A stretch of DNA of 64,000 nt, taken from the NCBI GenBank assembly GCA_028534125.1, contig CM052819.1, positions 85,436,001-85,500,000 on the forward strand. Direction: 5' to 3'. The notes under the pieces were generated by a model, which saw nothing but the letters and a program-made list of their open reading frames with translations, made no database searches and was not told the origin of the DNA. Source of the DNA: Lama glama. Taxonomy: Eukaryota. A program made the translations under genes and the position numbers. This document shows, in pieces, positions 26,240-40,660 of the stretch (positions are counted from its first letter, which is position 1; each line of letters opens with the position of its first letter).

Positions 26240-26355
26240 CCTTTGGCTCACTAGATGGCTTTGACAGGTTGCTTAGTTTCTGAGCTTCAGTTTGCTCATC
26301 TCTATAACGGAAAGATTGGACTGGATACTACTTTATGTTCTACTGAACTCTGTAA
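26240..26355 (+). mobile_element. MIR/MIR3 fragment
   Basis: tctgagcttcagtttgctcatctctataacgg...ttggactggat. Confidence 0.6.
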
Positions 26356-26429
26356 AACCATTTAACAAAATTGCATTTATACTCTTCTTCTCCATCTTAC
26401 TCTATACAATTGTCCCTGTTCTACTGTAA

Positions 26430-27365
26430 GTACCTTCCCATGGACCCCAGAGCACAGCCTCTATTAACTCTTCCAGAGAATCCAGAAGTCCTCCTGCTGT
26501 CATGGAGTCATCTCATGAATGGCCCCATTATGCACCTAGTTTTTCAACCCCAATTACAAGGAATACTCACTTTTCATCCCTTCCTTCACCATCTTCCTAC
26601 CTGCAACCAATCAGCAGTCCTACCGTTTCAAACTTGTAAGCACATCTCTAATGCATCCATTCAGCTTTAACTCTATAGTAAGCACTAGCCCAAACCACTG
26701 TCAACCTCTACGTTCAATATACCAATGGGTTCCTAGCACGTCTGCATATTTCCACTTTCCCCCCTGCTCCACCACCTATTTTCTACATGGCAAAGAGAGT
26801 AATCATTTTTTTTTCTAAGTAATTACATCATGTCACTGCCCTGGTTAAATGTCTCTGAAGCTTCCTAATGCTTGTGGAAGAAAAACCACACCTAAACCTG
26901 AGTCCCTAGCCCTCACCATATCTACAACCTCACATCATGCCATCTCTCCTTTGTTTATTATGCTCCAGCCACACTGAACTTCAGGTACCAATACACAAGT
27001 ATTTTTCTGGCACAGGGCCTTGGCAAGTGTTTTTCCTTTTTTTTTTTTTTGGAATTCTCTTTGTATCTTTTCATCTTTCAGTCTTCAGCTTACATGTCAT
27101 TTTCTCAAAGTAGCTTTTCTGGATCCTACCTTATCTCACTGCATCATCAACCCACTCCTGCCCTCAATTTTTATTTCTATTACATTTCTCTTCATAATAT
27201 ATACATTTTAATACATGTCTTGTGTATTTATGTGATTACCGATTTTTATTTAGGAGAGCCTTTTCAATAATATAGTATTATGTCAGGGCTCTACCCCACT
27301 GTCATCAACACTTAATGACCAGCACTTGGCACAGGATCTGGTACACAAATGCTTATTGACTAGAC
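26430..27365 (+). mobile_element. L2 LINE 3' portion
   Basis: Pyrimidine-rich L2 body (catcatgtcactgccctggttaaa; tgctccagccacactgaact; cacagggccttggca) ending in gcacaggatctggtacac..aatgcttattga. Confidence 0.8.
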
Positions 27366-27514
27366 AATGAGCCTCACAAAGATAAAATCAAGTAAACCTT
27401 GGGGAGTGGTAGGCATGTTCTTTGTCCTCTTGTGCTCCAGGCAAAAATCAATTCAGGCTATGTAAGAAAAATATATTCAACTATATTATTACAAAAAGAA
27501 TTCTTTTTAAATCT

Positions 27515-27930
27515 TATTCCAGGTTTGACTGGGTTATGCAGGAATCTGAAATGAACACGAGGGTACAGAAAGGTTGTCAAGAAGTGTCCTTAAGATTAAA
27601 ACCTGTAGAAAGGAAAAGAAAGAAGCAATACTGAACAGAGGGAGAAGATGAAGAGTGACACAACTCAACATAGTCCTCAACCAACTTACAGGGAGTCCTG
27701 GAGCTGAGATGCATCTTCAGGGGTGTCTGAATTGGGATTCATACCCCATACATCCATCAGTCATGAGTGAAGGCTGCCCTGTGAGAGGACATGACCATGG
27801 GTGAGGCAGTGGCTCTCGGCAGGAAGGAAGTTCTAGAAGGTTCTTTGTCTACAACACTCCAGGCAGCTCCAGGATAATGAGTCCTTCATTCATGATGGGC
27901 ATCAAGTGCAAAATATGAGAACCCTGTATA
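27515..27930 (-). mobile_element. ERVL solo LTR, LTR16 family
   Basis: The reverse complement of the right end (gaaggactcatt...agctgcctggagtgttg) matches the LTR16 5' end. Internal cagggagtcctggagctgagatg..cttcag. Confidence 0.75.
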
Positions 27931-28329
27931 ATCATGATATATTTCATCTATTTGAGTCATAATTAAATCAGAATGGGTTATTTTTTTTCTCCCTGCAAGC
28001 CACATTAGCTCACAAATACAGCATTTGAAAACTCAGTAGTGGATAAAATTCTCGGTGATAGTAGGAAAACTTTATTATATTCCTAGAATTGACATTAAAT
28101 ATTTAAGCAATAAATACATAGATGAATCTCTGGATCCGTTTGCCCATCTAAAAAATCCAGAAGCTCAGAGAAGCTGAATTATTAAGTTCTAATTTTCAAA
28201 GCACTGTTATAGAAAGATTTTTATTTGCAATAAAATTAGTAAAATTGTTAACACTCTCTTAAATTATTTTATTGTATTTGTATTATTGAACTATTTTATT
28301 GTATTTGTATTTTATACTAGCCATCAACT

Positions 28330-29870
28330 ACATAAGAGACAAAATACAACTCTTGAGAAGAATGGTGGTATTTCTTACTTATAAAACATCTTTCCCTGAG
28401 TCACATCAAAATGAACTAAAATAGTCACCAAATCAAGAAAACAAGTTTACTCAGAAACAAAGAAAGAAAACTTTATTTAAACTCACAAAATGGTGAGCAA
28501 ATACAATCAGCTTGGACAAACCTGAAAGCTAAAGCTTGACCCTGAAACTTTGCTAGTGACCTCGTTCTTCTCCCCAGATGCTTTTTAAAGATTTTTCCTT
28601 TAATCTTGTCATTTAATCCATTTACTAGAATTTTTCATAGTAGCTATTTCTTAGGTTTTGTCTCAGAATCCTCAATGCCGGAAGGCAAATGAAAAGAAGA
28701 CTACATAGTTTTAATGTGAGAACACAAAATTCTATGCCCAGTGCAGTTGTCATCTATATTTTCCAGATCATGGAAAAACACTGCTCAGTAAGAATGAAAA
28801 TCAGGAAGCTTATCCACATACAATTCTCCTCTTGAAGATGAGAAATCGACCAAAATAAATAACTCACAAATGTGTTATGGTAAAAGTATTAATATTAATA
28901 TTGTATTAATAAATAGAATTGTCTTTTTTAAAGGATTCTACTTAGTTGGAATAAAACAGGATATAATTTTCTATGGTCAAGAGTTCAATATGTATTTATC
29001 CCTAAGGAAGGAGCAGAAAAGACATATGTGTAAACATTCTTCATTGTATAAAATATTGTTTTATTCTTATGTTGAAATTTTAAACATGTTTAAATATATA
29101 ACTGAGAAGTGTAAATAATCATTAAAAACTCATATCCTTAAACTCATTCAAACGCAATCATTAAACTTAATCATTTAAACTCCTCTCCTTTCAAATTACT
29201 GGGAAATGGCAAAAAATACAGCATAGCAATGAAACAATATGGCATAGATGGAGTCCAAATGGAAAGAAAATGTGTTAAAAAATAGAAAATAAACTCATAT
29301 GCCAGAAATTTGACAAAACTACCTATAAAAACAAATGGGGAAATAAACTTATTTAGGAAAAAACAGACTATGAAAGTGTATTGTAAAAACACACAATAAC
29401 TATTTTCTGTGAACCCAGTAATGGTAACAAAAGCAAAACATAAGATGATGGACAAAGATATATATAATACGAGAAATACACAAAGCAAGCAAGCAGAGAT
29501 TGAAACAACAGTTTCAGAAAACCTAGACTGTTGAAAGATAAAATTCATAAGTATATAATAAATAATCTTCACATCCCAAGTAAGACAGTGTTGAAACATA
29601 TAAAACAAAACAAAACAAAATCCAGAAATACAAGGAAAAATGAAACATGACAGTACAGATTTAACTCTCTCAGAGATGACGTAGAAAAATCAGATAAAGA
29701 ATTCCTGAATAATGACATCAGTAAGCATCATCCAACAGCTACATATTAAATTCCGTAGAGGACCTCCATCTTCCTTCCAAGTACTGACAGTATAATGACG
29801 CAAGTACCCCTATACTGGGCCACAAAGAAGAAACTTCAACAGGTGCCCAGAATAAACAAGCACATGTGTA
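28330..29870 (+). mobile_element. Old, fragmented L1M (ORF1 and ORF2 endonuclease region)
   Basis: A-rich decayed sequence. 29770-29845 (cttccaagtact...atactgggccacaaagaa..cttcaaca) resembles the EN-domain FSS.HGT..KIDH.LGHK..LN segment. Confidence 0.6.
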
Positions 29871-31059
29871 GAACATGTAACATTGTCGGGAAGTAGTTAA
29901 GAGGACGTTTCTGTTTGCGCTCACAAATTTACTTAGAAGGAGAGGGCCTCCTGGGGCTGAGACCCTTTATGCCTTTGCGGGTTCCAGTTATTATAACTTA
30001 GCTGATGACCTGGGCTGTGATGCCTGACCAAGACCAGGTGGAAGGAAAAGACAGGCCTCGTAGAGAACTAATTCATTTTAAGAATAGGAAAAGAATAATT
30101 TAGTAATTGGCTTCTCTGACCCGAAACCTGGATGGAGAGGAAATTCTAGATTGATAAATGCAGAGCAACTGACACCACAGTCTCTTCCAGTCCAACCACT
30201 GCACCGGCAGGGTTGTGAGCCTGGGAAACGGATGCGAAGTGAAATGAAAGAACGTGACTAAATCGGGTAACACCGGGAGCCCGGCTGCGGCATGGAGCCT
30301 ACACGTAACATAGTAATCACTGTGCCGAGGAGCACAATGTGTGTGGCCCAGGTGTGCTCGTCTCTTTTGACTAAAATAGTTTTATCAGGAGGCAACATTA
30401 AGACTTTTTTTTTTAATGGCTGCTATAGCAAGTTCTAGAAATTATGAGTGACACACTTACATGGAAAAAATATTCAAAAGCCATGCTTCTTACTGGGAAC
30501 ACTGAATCTCATTTTTCAAAATTACACAGCACAACAGAAAATCATTAGTAATGTCTTTTATATTTCATGAAAAGGCATTGGCAGAAAGTAAGGAAAGTAG
30601 TCTTTATTGGAATTGAGGAAAAAATGAAATCTAATGTCTTCTGACATTAATCAAGAGTAAATTTGGGAGAGCTCAAAATGTCACTGATACTTTTTAGCTA
30701 AATCTTAAGTGGCTCTGAATATTTACTTTTAATGGAGGAAAGCCAGTACATGAATCTAAAAGGAGTTTATTAAACAAATGTCACTTTAATTTGCTTCTAG
30801 AATATCTTGATGTGACCTTCTGGTGTTTGATTCATCATCCTTATTTTGTTTTTTTCATGCTAAAATTAAGATAAGCTCATTTTAAAGGGCAGGAAATGTT
30901 GGTAGTTGGAGGGGCTGCTGGTTGGTTAATTTACAAGAGGAGCAGGGGGAAGCCAGTGAGGGATTAAGAAAAACTGTACCAAGTAGGCATCTGATATCCA
31001 TTTTCAATATTGAAAGACAAAACTGCTAATAAAATTGACTTATCTTTTAAAAAAAACAT

Positions 31060-31312
31060 ATTTCACTTCAAAGCATCTCCTCACTTTATCACGACCCTGA
31101 AACTTTGATCCCAGGTAGAATTATTGGCTCTTTCCTTGGTGTTCTCACCTTGACTCTACAGACACCTTTCAGAGCACCTGTAATAGTGTGTACTTCTTTT
31201 TTAACATACCAACTTATGCAATAACTATATTATAAACCCCTTGAAGACATGTCTTAGTCATCTTTCTATCCAGAATGCTTCTATATAAAAATATGGAAAG
31301 AATGAATGAATA
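31060..31312 (+). mobile_element. L2 3'-end fragment
   Basis: tataaaccccttgaagac..tgtcttagtcatctttctatcc...gaatgaatgaat tail. Confidence 0.6.
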
Positions 31313-33879
31313 TTTTACCTAACTTCCTTGATTCCTGTTTCTTCCACCACAAATATGCAAAGATTGTATATACACACAATAACCTAAAGGTCTGCAGTTC
31401 AGAATTTTATTTTGTAACTTAATGTATTGCTACATGGATCAGTTTTTAACATGTCCATCTGTATCTCCCCCTCATCAAGACAGTAACAAGAATTTATACT
31501 TTTGTAAATGACAAAGGGTACCCTGCCTAAAATTTGGCATTGAAATTTTGGGATCATGAGTGAAATCTGGAGAAGAAATCACTATTTAAAAGCCATACAT
31601 AATTTCAGTTCAGCATGAAGTAGATCCAAAGTCAATGGAAAGAATAATGTTCCTCTGTTTTATGGGAAGTCCATAAACCAATCATTTCTTTATGAATAAA
31701 TGAAACAAATATGACCCATTATTTTGGAGGAAACTAGAATATTCTGATTGCAAGTATTTGAGTCTGAAAATCTAGCTATTGAAGGTAGTTCAAATTGATG
31801 TGTAATTGTTTTAACTGAGCTATTGTTCTGAAGATATTGCAACTTCATGAGGGTAATGTTTCTATTCTCCATATGGGATCAGACATGATAAACTGTGGCT
31901 ATGGATTATGGATGTTTGCTCCTTGTTCTCAAACACTTGCAGAGTTACCTACAGGAGATAAAGAACCAAGGGAAAGGGGGCTGCAGGAAAGACCCGTAGC
32001 ACTGGTCTTCATTCTCAGAGACTGTGAGAAAACAGAACCCGTTAATGGCAAAGCTTGGCCAGGACTGGACTGTTAAGAGCCTAAATGTATTTTCATTAGA
32101 TGAGGGTGATTTCATAGGTTTGCCCTTCTGAAGTTGGAATATGCTACCATAGTGAGTGGGATATGGTGGTGATACGGTATAAGATTTTTCTCTTAAAGGC
32201 CACTCATATTTTCTCTTTTAAATCATCTTGAGAAAAGATAGATCCCCAGAGAGGAGATGAGAATAAGGGAGGGAGGGCTTAGACTGATAGAAAAACAGTT
32301 TTCAATCTCCTTTGGATTCAAGTATTCCAAGCCCTCTGGTTGGTGGAGTTAACCTGCATCCTGCTAAATGGAGCAAGAGTTTCAGTACAGAGTTTTCCTG
32401 TTAAGCATCCTCTGACCTCACATAATTCATAAAGACCCCTATTTTAGTAATGTTCTCATAGCAGTGTGTACCTCCCTGCTCTACTTTGTTCACAGTTCAA
32501 TTTGAATCATTAACATCTGATCCTCAACTGTGACTGTAACCAACATGATGGCAGGGAATGTTTTTGTTTTGTGTATCATTATATACATGGTGCTTTTCAG
32601 AGAAAAAATGAAACCTGAAACAGTTTTAATTTCCGTAGTTACCTAATTAATGTGTTAACTTTTATAATTTGTTTGATGGACTATATGTGCAAGTAGTACT
32701 TGTAATTAGCAAAGGTCTTCAGAAAACATCTGTTAATGCCATATTTCAATAACAGAATTTCATCTTTAAGAACTTTCCTCTAAAGAAAACGTGTTTTTCA
32801 AAAAATAATTGTTTTGCCTATATCTTTACAGAAAACTTTCCCCGATGAGATCTCACAATGTCGAGTTAATCCATTATGAAATAAAATCAATATGAGATTG
32901 GGCCATGATGAATCTGAGATGAATGGGTCAGGTTCCCATCAGTTAAGTGCTTACCCTTACTAGCCCCTATGACTTCCTGAAGCTACTTTTCACTTAAAAG
33001 TATCATTAAGCAAATAATTTAGCAATGATAATATACGTTGTATCGAACTGGATGTACTGGATTACACTCTTATTTATCTAATTTTAGTATGACAGAGAAA
33101 TATCAATATAAAAAGGGCTTCAGTCAACATACTCATACTGTCTCTTTAAAGATGGCAATACTTTAACAATATTAATGAGAGGCATCATTTATCTTATACA
33201 ATATTTCAACATCTAAAACATTTAAAATGTTTCCTGTGTCTTGATTTTTTTAAATTTTGTAATAGTTTTGTGAGAGTTCTAAGACATCTATTCTTGCTAT
33301 GCAGTTATCTCACGCTTGTTCTGTGGAAATGTCTGGTGAATCCCAATTCATTCTACATCTCCATTTTATGCCTTCCAGTTGAAAGCATTATCAGAGATTA
33401 TTAATTAAGTGTCCACTCAGGAAACACTTCACTGGTGAAGTAATGAAAGGAATAACCTTCCCCTCTTATCTTACAATAAAGAGAGCAGAAAACAAGAAAA
33501 TAGGAAAATGAAAAATTGTTGCATTGTTCTATGAAGGCATCAATTGACCTCTTACAAAGTTCCTCAAAGAATTCTGCTCCTAAATTAACACAATCTGGTT
33601 AATTTATTCATTCACTCATTTATTCTTTCAACAAGCATGTTGTAAGCATCTACTAAGAGTCAGATATGAGACTAATTAAAATATTAACTCAGCAACATGC
33701 CCTCCTTCCAGAATGTTATGTGAAAGTATCTTTTGACCGAAATGATGGATGGTTCATTTGAATCACATTTGACAATGTCTAGGATATTAAGGCTGAGAAA
33801 CATTAAAATAACCATTAAAGAAGATGGCTCCTTTTTTTCAGCTTTTATAAACATGAGAGGGGAAAAAAATCAATAATGA

Positions 33880-34098
33880 ATAAAAAGTCTTCAGACATGG
33901 GAAAACCTGGTTTCCAGTTTCAACCCCACTATTTAAAAGTAGAGCCATCTCAAATAATTACTTAAACTCTGTGAACTCCAAGTTGTCATGTATAAGCAGA
34001 CTAAAAATACCTGTCTTGGTTTGTGGTAAAGATTAAATGAACTAAATGTAAAATTATAAACATACTAACATATGGAATTATGTTGATGATTATTATTT
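33880..34098 (+). mobile_element. MIR SINE
   Basis: cctggtttccagtttcaaccccactatt...ttacttaaactctgtgaactc...tgtggtaaagattaaatga. Confidence 0.65.
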
Positions 34099-34099
34099 T

Positions 34100-34636
34100 T
34101 CCTGGTTATCAATTATTGTATAATATCCTAATCTTAGTGGCATAAAAGGCCAAGCATGTAATGATGTTCAAGGTTCTGTGGGACAGAAGTATGACCAGGA
34201 CAGGAGAGGAAGGCAGCTTGTCTCTAAAGGTCCACAAAGTCTGGGGCCTAAGTTGGGAAGAGCCAAAAAGCTGGAATCATCTAGAGACTTGTTCACTCAT
34301 TTGTCTGGCACCTGAGCTGGAGTCACTGGAAGACTTAAATTATCACCAGGTGCACCTACATGTGTCCTTTTCAGGGGGCTTAAGTTTCCCACTGCATGAC
34401 AGCTATGTCCCAGAAAGGTACACCTGAGACAAACCGTTCCAAGAGCAAGTATTCCAGGAGAACCAGGTGGATGTTGCATGGCCTTTTATGATCTGGGCAA
34501 AGAATACATATGGTGTCTCGTCCTTCTGAGCTGTCACAAGTCCACCAAAACTTCTATAAATAGGAAATATAAACCCTACTTATGAAGAGGAAAATTTCAA
34601 AGAATTTCTCAGAAGCCAATTTATACAACTGCCACA
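34100..34636 (-). mobile_element. MaLR solo LTR, MLT1G/H-like
   Basis: gctggaatcatctagagacttgttcactcatttgtctgg; agagcaagtattccaggagaaccaggtggatgttgcatggccttttatgatct; ends ctgccaca. Confidence 0.8.
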
Positions 34637-36239
34637 ATTCCCATTCTCCACTGCTGATTAAACAGGCTGGGAACTGTCGGTGCCTGCTGGAACCAAGCTC
34701 AGAAGACTTCTGCAAACAGGTGAGGACACCCCAGTCACAGTCATTGGGAGAAGTTTGACCAAGTCAATCCTAGGAAATGTGGTTTCTGATTCTGCGTCAC
34801 TTGCAAGTGAATTCAAGCTGCTTTAAAAAAGGTACTTGTTTTTTTTCTTACTCTTAGATGAAAAATTTTTTTTCACTTAGACCTTTTTCTTTGCAATTTT
34901 GGGCAGTAAAAACTATGTCTCAGTAACAGTATATGGGGTCTTAACATTCATGTGTACTTTTATATAAGAATTTGTAAGAAATTAAGTACTGCACTCTGAA
35001 TTTCACTACTGATTTCTTTCATGTCTACCATGTTAGAATGCCAAATATTATGCTAAAACATGGAATAAATTTCCCACTTTTAACAATTCAGTTAGCACAA
35101 TACAATTATGCATTCCATGTAACACATGTCAATATTTTTTGTACTTCTTAGGGAAAATATGAGGTTTTCATTTTTTTAAATAGTTACTAAAAGTATAGTT
35201 GCATAAAATCTTTATTTTTTTATAAACATAATTTGAAAATTGCTGATCCTAATTTCATTACCTTCTAATTATTTTCTCTTTTCCATTGTGGTGAACTAAA
35301 AGACTTTCCTTGAAATCACATTCGGTGTGATTGGCTAGTTCCGTCTAATTCTCAAATGATAGGAAAAGGCTCCAATGATGAGCATATGGTGGAAGTGTTG
35401 GCAACTGGTGAAAAGTACTCTTGGATGCCTTACCCCATTTTAGATTTGGAACGTAAAGCTGTTACCACATGGTACAAAGTAGTAGCTAAATAATTCCTTT
35501 CTTCTCATGATTTGACTCTTGCTCATTTTTTAAAAAATCTCTATTTTGTGCCATTTAGATTTGTTTCAATTCTATCTGAAGTAGTAGTAAAAAGCTGTCT
35601 TCTTTCTCAACGACTGTGGTGTTCTAACAATTGAGTTGTGTAAGCAGCATGAGACTGACGAAAATTTTCTAACCTGACATAACTAATCATGGCTTTCCTC
35701 ACATCATTAGCTTCTAGAGCAATGCTACTCCTTATTTGGATAATTAGAATGTCTTAGTAATATGCTGAAATGTCCAGCAGCTAGTCACTTTGATGTTGAA
35801 CATTGTTGTTGAAGGTGAACGGGAGAGGCAGGGGGGAGCGGTGAAGGGTGACTGGACCTTAATGCACTCCTAAAGATATGAAAGCCACAAAATAAGTTTC
35901 CTTAAATTATTCATTTATTCTGACTCAACCTGCTGCTTGAAAATGGCATCTGATCTGGTGCTTTGTTCCCTACGTTTTCCCAGACGGAGGATGCGGGAAT
36001 TGCTTCCATTCACATTTTGTTTCTTCCCTTTGTTATTAACAGTTCTGAGTTTGCTTATTTGAAAAGCGTGGTTTATAGCTTACGGGTAGCTGAGACTACA
36101 TGAAACTTTTTCTACATGCTAAAATACTGTGAAGAATATCTCTTAATAAGCATCACAACGTCTCCTTGGAACTTGACCGTAGCTACAAGGTCTATGTCAC
36201 AGCTCTTTGTGGTCATGAAGTTAAGCATTAGCAATGTTC

Positions 36240-36760
36240 AGTAAGCGCTGCTTTGCTAGGGGCTGGATGGTTGGTTGTGCATTTGTGGGTGGGGTCTGGT
36301 ACAAAAGTGAACAGGATTCAGTCCCTGCCCTTCAGTGCAGCAGGATGAGAGGGGAGGAGGAAAAGGGAGGGGCTATCTAGTTGCAGATAAGTCTAAAACT
36401 GCTGATAGAGGCTCATTTTGTATATCTCAGGTAGACTTTTCACTTTTTATAAGAGGAAAGAGACAATATCAGATCTGAAATCTAGGAAGATTATTCTAGA
36501 AGCATTGTGTGGTCATCACTGTTGGGAGTTTGGGAGGTAGGGAGGGAATTACTGAGTTCTCTGGATTAGTCCTGGAAAGGAGTAGTATAAATTACAACCA
36601 GGTGTATGGAAGCAGAAATAAAAGCTTGAAATAAAAACTGTTAAAGCCATCGACAGCATTTGGGGGCTGGTGATAGAAGGTAACATAAGAATATCAGATA
36701 TAAAAGGACCAAGAATTTGCCAAAAATGAAATTAAGTGGAGTGGAATGGAAAGAGATGGG
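36240..36760 (-). mobile_element. Decayed L2 fragment
   Basis: tcagtaagcgctgctttgctagg...cagtccctgcccttca...aggaagattattctagaagcattgtg. Confidence 0.45.
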
Positions 36761-37384
36761 ATTTGGACTCTATAAAGACTTGAAATTCCTTGCTTTATTT
36801 CTCACCAATTGTCTCATCTCAAAAAAGACATTTTGTACCATGGAAAGATAGTTTTAACTATTACTTTCAAAATACACAGTTTGGAAAGAGATCTGAAAAT
36901 GTCGAGGTTGCACAGAACACATGGCCTTCAGAAGGAGTGAAGAGAAAGAGAGGAGGAAGGAGTCTCAGAGGAAATGAAGACCACAGGGGGTCCGAGGCCA
37001 GGAAGCACAGTGCCAGACGGTACCTTGTCCCTGTGACCCACAGAGTTGCCTCTGCCCTTGTAACAAGAGGGAGCCACTGAAGAACTGTTAAACATTCATC
37101 CCTTTCAGAGGGTGAACAGATTAAAAAGAAGCCAAAGGGTACAGGGAAAGCTAAAAGACCATGACAAGAGTGCTGCTGAGAGCCCAAGCTTAAGGAGAAA
37201 CAAATATAGAGCAGTTAATCTCTGCAGACCAAAAGATTCTGTAAAATTCACCACTTAAATCACTGCAGTCCTAACATTGTCAGAGATATCTGGACACTAT
37301 TAAGGGTCACAGTGGAAAAACAAAATGTTCAATGTCCAACTCTACTCTGTTACAATTAAAAAAAAAAGAAAGAAAAAACTATGG

Positions 37385-37600
37385 ATTTATTTAACAAAAA
37401 ATGTGTGCCAAAGGCTTGTCTAAGTACTTTCTATGTATTTCTTATACCAATATAGTAAGGTGAACTTCACTGGCTCAGTTTTACAACTGAGGCTCAGGGA
37501 GGTTTAGAAACTTGACCAACACCACACAGGTAGGAAGTTGCACACTCTAGGCCCCTCTAAACTGTGGGCTAAACTCCCAATGACTGAGCTGACTTCAGCA
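37385..37600 (-). mobile_element. MIR SINE
   Basis: tgtgtgccaaag...ctaagtactttc...cagttttacaactgaggctcagggaggtttagaaacttgacc. Confidence 0.7.
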
Positions 37601-40494
37601 CTATTCACCTCAGTGACATTATTCCCTTGCTGCATTTTAACCCACTTAAAGAGCAACTGTCCATTTTTAGAGTTTACAATTTTGTTTGTATTTGATTGAT
37701 TGCTTTTAGGTTGTCTTTTACCTGGGGACCTTTGGGGAGTTTTCTTAATTTTTGGCAACATATTAAATGACAGTTTAGTGTTCAGTTTCTATTTATGAGA
37801 TGTTTTCTTAAGGCCAGCACCATCCCCAGTGGTGGATCCTTACAGACTGAAAGAGCTGACCTTGTTATGCTCAAATCTTCATGACTTTTTCCTTAAATAT
37901 TGTTCTTCAGAACCCGTCTACTTCTGGGTCTACAGAAGTCTATCCATTAACAACAAAGTCTACACCGTCCTTTGTTAATCTTGTAAGTCCTTACAACATG
38001 ATACGTAGTTAGGGAAAAAAAGGTAAAGGTAAATTTAGCTGTAATGACTTTTTGTTTATTATCATTTATTATTGAAGCACAGCTAGCCTTAAAATGGCCT
38101 CGAATGGCAAATGAGTTGTTTACTTTAAAAGCACAGCTTAGCTTAGATTAGCAACACAAAAGGGCATCCTAACTTACTTAAGTCTTGTGACTGAAAAATA
38201 ACCTTTCTACAAGAATGGAGAATAAAATGCCATATTAGATTTCACTTTTTTGCATGTTTTAATGGCTTAACTGACTTTAGCAGGTACTAATCAAAGTGAA
38301 TTAGGGCTGGACTTTTGAAACTATTCTGGGGGTTACATATTTAATCTGAAAAAACGTGGACTGTTTTCAGAAAAAAAAAATTAAATAGAAGTGGTTTCTC
38401 CTGACATCAAATTTAGTAGTAATTTTCCATTATACATACAATTTGGAGGGTTTGTTAAACTACATTGCTTCTCTTAGTTGCCTGGGCCATAGTTCCTGTT
38501 GACTAGAGGGATTCCATCAACTTATCAATAATCAAAGCCTCTACATGGGTCTTTTAGAATCCCTATATATTACAATGTGTGGAGTCCCAACAAACATATA
38601 CACACACACCTCAAATCACATCTGTGTTGGGGAAAGATCATTACCAGAAAAAGTACAATGTTATATAAAGATATTTAAGGTATTCTTTCTAAGGGAGACA
38701 TCTAAACAGTATTAACCACTCAAAGTTTTCAGTTACTTTGCTAGCTCATGAGGCAAATCATCCCACAAAATGTACTGTCCGTGTAACATAAGTAGCTATA
38801 CTTAAAGTTTACAATGATGACCTATGAAATTTACATGAAGGGATACCATGCAAGTTTATTTATTTCTAGTATAAGGAGAAAAATAAGTAATGAGATTTTC
38901 CTAGAAAGCAGTGTTTTAAAAATGTATGTAAACAACTTTGTTGAAATATGGAATTCATGGTTATCACTTTGACAGAAACATTTAAATGATGCGTTAGTAT
39001 ACGTATAATATTTTAAGTCTAGGAAATAAGCTACATAGTCTCATCTTAAAATTTGCCAAAAGACCAAGCTTAAATTTATGAAAGAAAAATAATACATAAC
39101 ATTCAACATGGCTTACACTACACCAGGCACTGGTCGACATGTTTTACATATATTAACTTATTTAACGGAATGAGGAACATAATCTGTTTCAACATCACTT
39201 AAGTAAGCTTAACAACCAAGCAGCTGATATAGAAATAACTGGCTACAGATGGAACTACTGAGTTTACTCAGAAGTAAATGTTCGCCAACTACTGGTGTGG
39301 TGAAAACAGAGTCGTGATGAGACACTTATGGAGGAATGAAAAACACTCGAATTTGGAAAATATATTAAACGTGAGGACATTTTTAAGTTTCACTGAGTTT
39401 TTCACTGGCATTATAATTTTTTCAAGAATCTGATCATGATACTACACATGCTGCATTTTACAAGCTCTCTTGTTATATCATCACGTTAACAGAAGGAGTG
39501 TGGGTGAATCCCCTGCTATTCAATCCACTGAGGAAGACACATCTGTCTACCTACTACAAATAAGAAATTCAATAGAAATAAGCTTAACTTAATGCCTCCC
39601 CCATGAAAATTCGCAGGTAAGGAATATTTGAACAGATCTGAGTATCTGTCATAAATAATGACAAAATGCTTTAAAATATCTTACCACCAGAGATTATGTC
39701 ACTAACTTATGATTGGGCTTCTCCCTTCATATTAGTTTAAGTATATGGTAATTATATTTAAGCAGCATGACAATAAAATTAATTATAAACATAAAATCAA
39801 AATAAATATGCAGCTAAGGAAAATACATGATTAGATTTCCATACACAAATTTAATTTCATACACACAGCCCATTTGTAATCATAAGGATGTGGATTTAGT
39901 GAACGCCTAACATGGTCATGTCATCGTGTCAAGAGCTAACTCTATTCAACTGATTTATGATAATGTTGAGGGTAAAGTTACCTCTACATGTACGTATTCC
40001 CATTTTTTTTTACTCAACTTGAAAGTAAACAGTCTTCATTTTTATTCATAAAATATTATTGTAAACTTCTGAATCTAAAACTGCAAGCTTTGAAAAAAAT
40101 CCAATTTATTTGAAATGTTTTCAGTATAAAATAAGTTAAATTTAATTCAGAATATATTAGACATAAAATATCTCATCACACAATGAGCATAAAAGTATAT
40201 TATGGTAGAGTGTAAAGTATTTAGGTCCAGCCCTAAGAATTGTGCTATAAATAGGGTACTAGTGGGTTTGCACTATCTGCTCAATGCTTGGCATCACAGA
40301 ACAGCTTTAGTTGCTGAATAAGAGTTGGCCTGACACAGGCATCAGACAAGCAATTCTCCTTAAAAGCAACCGTTATAGATTTCATGTATTATCTAAATGA
40401 TCCACAAATGTTTGCTAATGAGGTCTTTTAAAAAGCCAAACTGGAGGCTAGTGAAGGTCACTTACCAGGTCATCAAAAGGCTATATTATATATC

Positions 40495-40660
40495 AACCAA
40501 GAACCAGGGTTTGAATTTGGCCCTATTGCCTACTTAAGTTACACAGTCTCTCAATGCCTCTACTTCTCCATCTGTAAAATCCCAGCGCCTATCTCTCTGA
40601 AACATTATAGTATTACTTAGAATTAAAAATGCAAGAATTTTTAAGTACTACTATTAAGTT
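40495..40660 (+). mobile_element. MIR SINE
   Basis: ccagggtttgaatttggccct...tgcctc...catctgtaaaat. Confidence 0.6.

Noticed and set aside
29171-29608. 145-aa hydrophobic ORF resembling a membrane protein
   Set aside because: It is the antisense of A-rich decayed L1. T-rich codons give spurious F/L/I/V content.
34797-34810. 14-bp perfect palindrome tcacttgcaagtga
   Set aside because: A few palindromes of this length are expected by chance in 64 kb.
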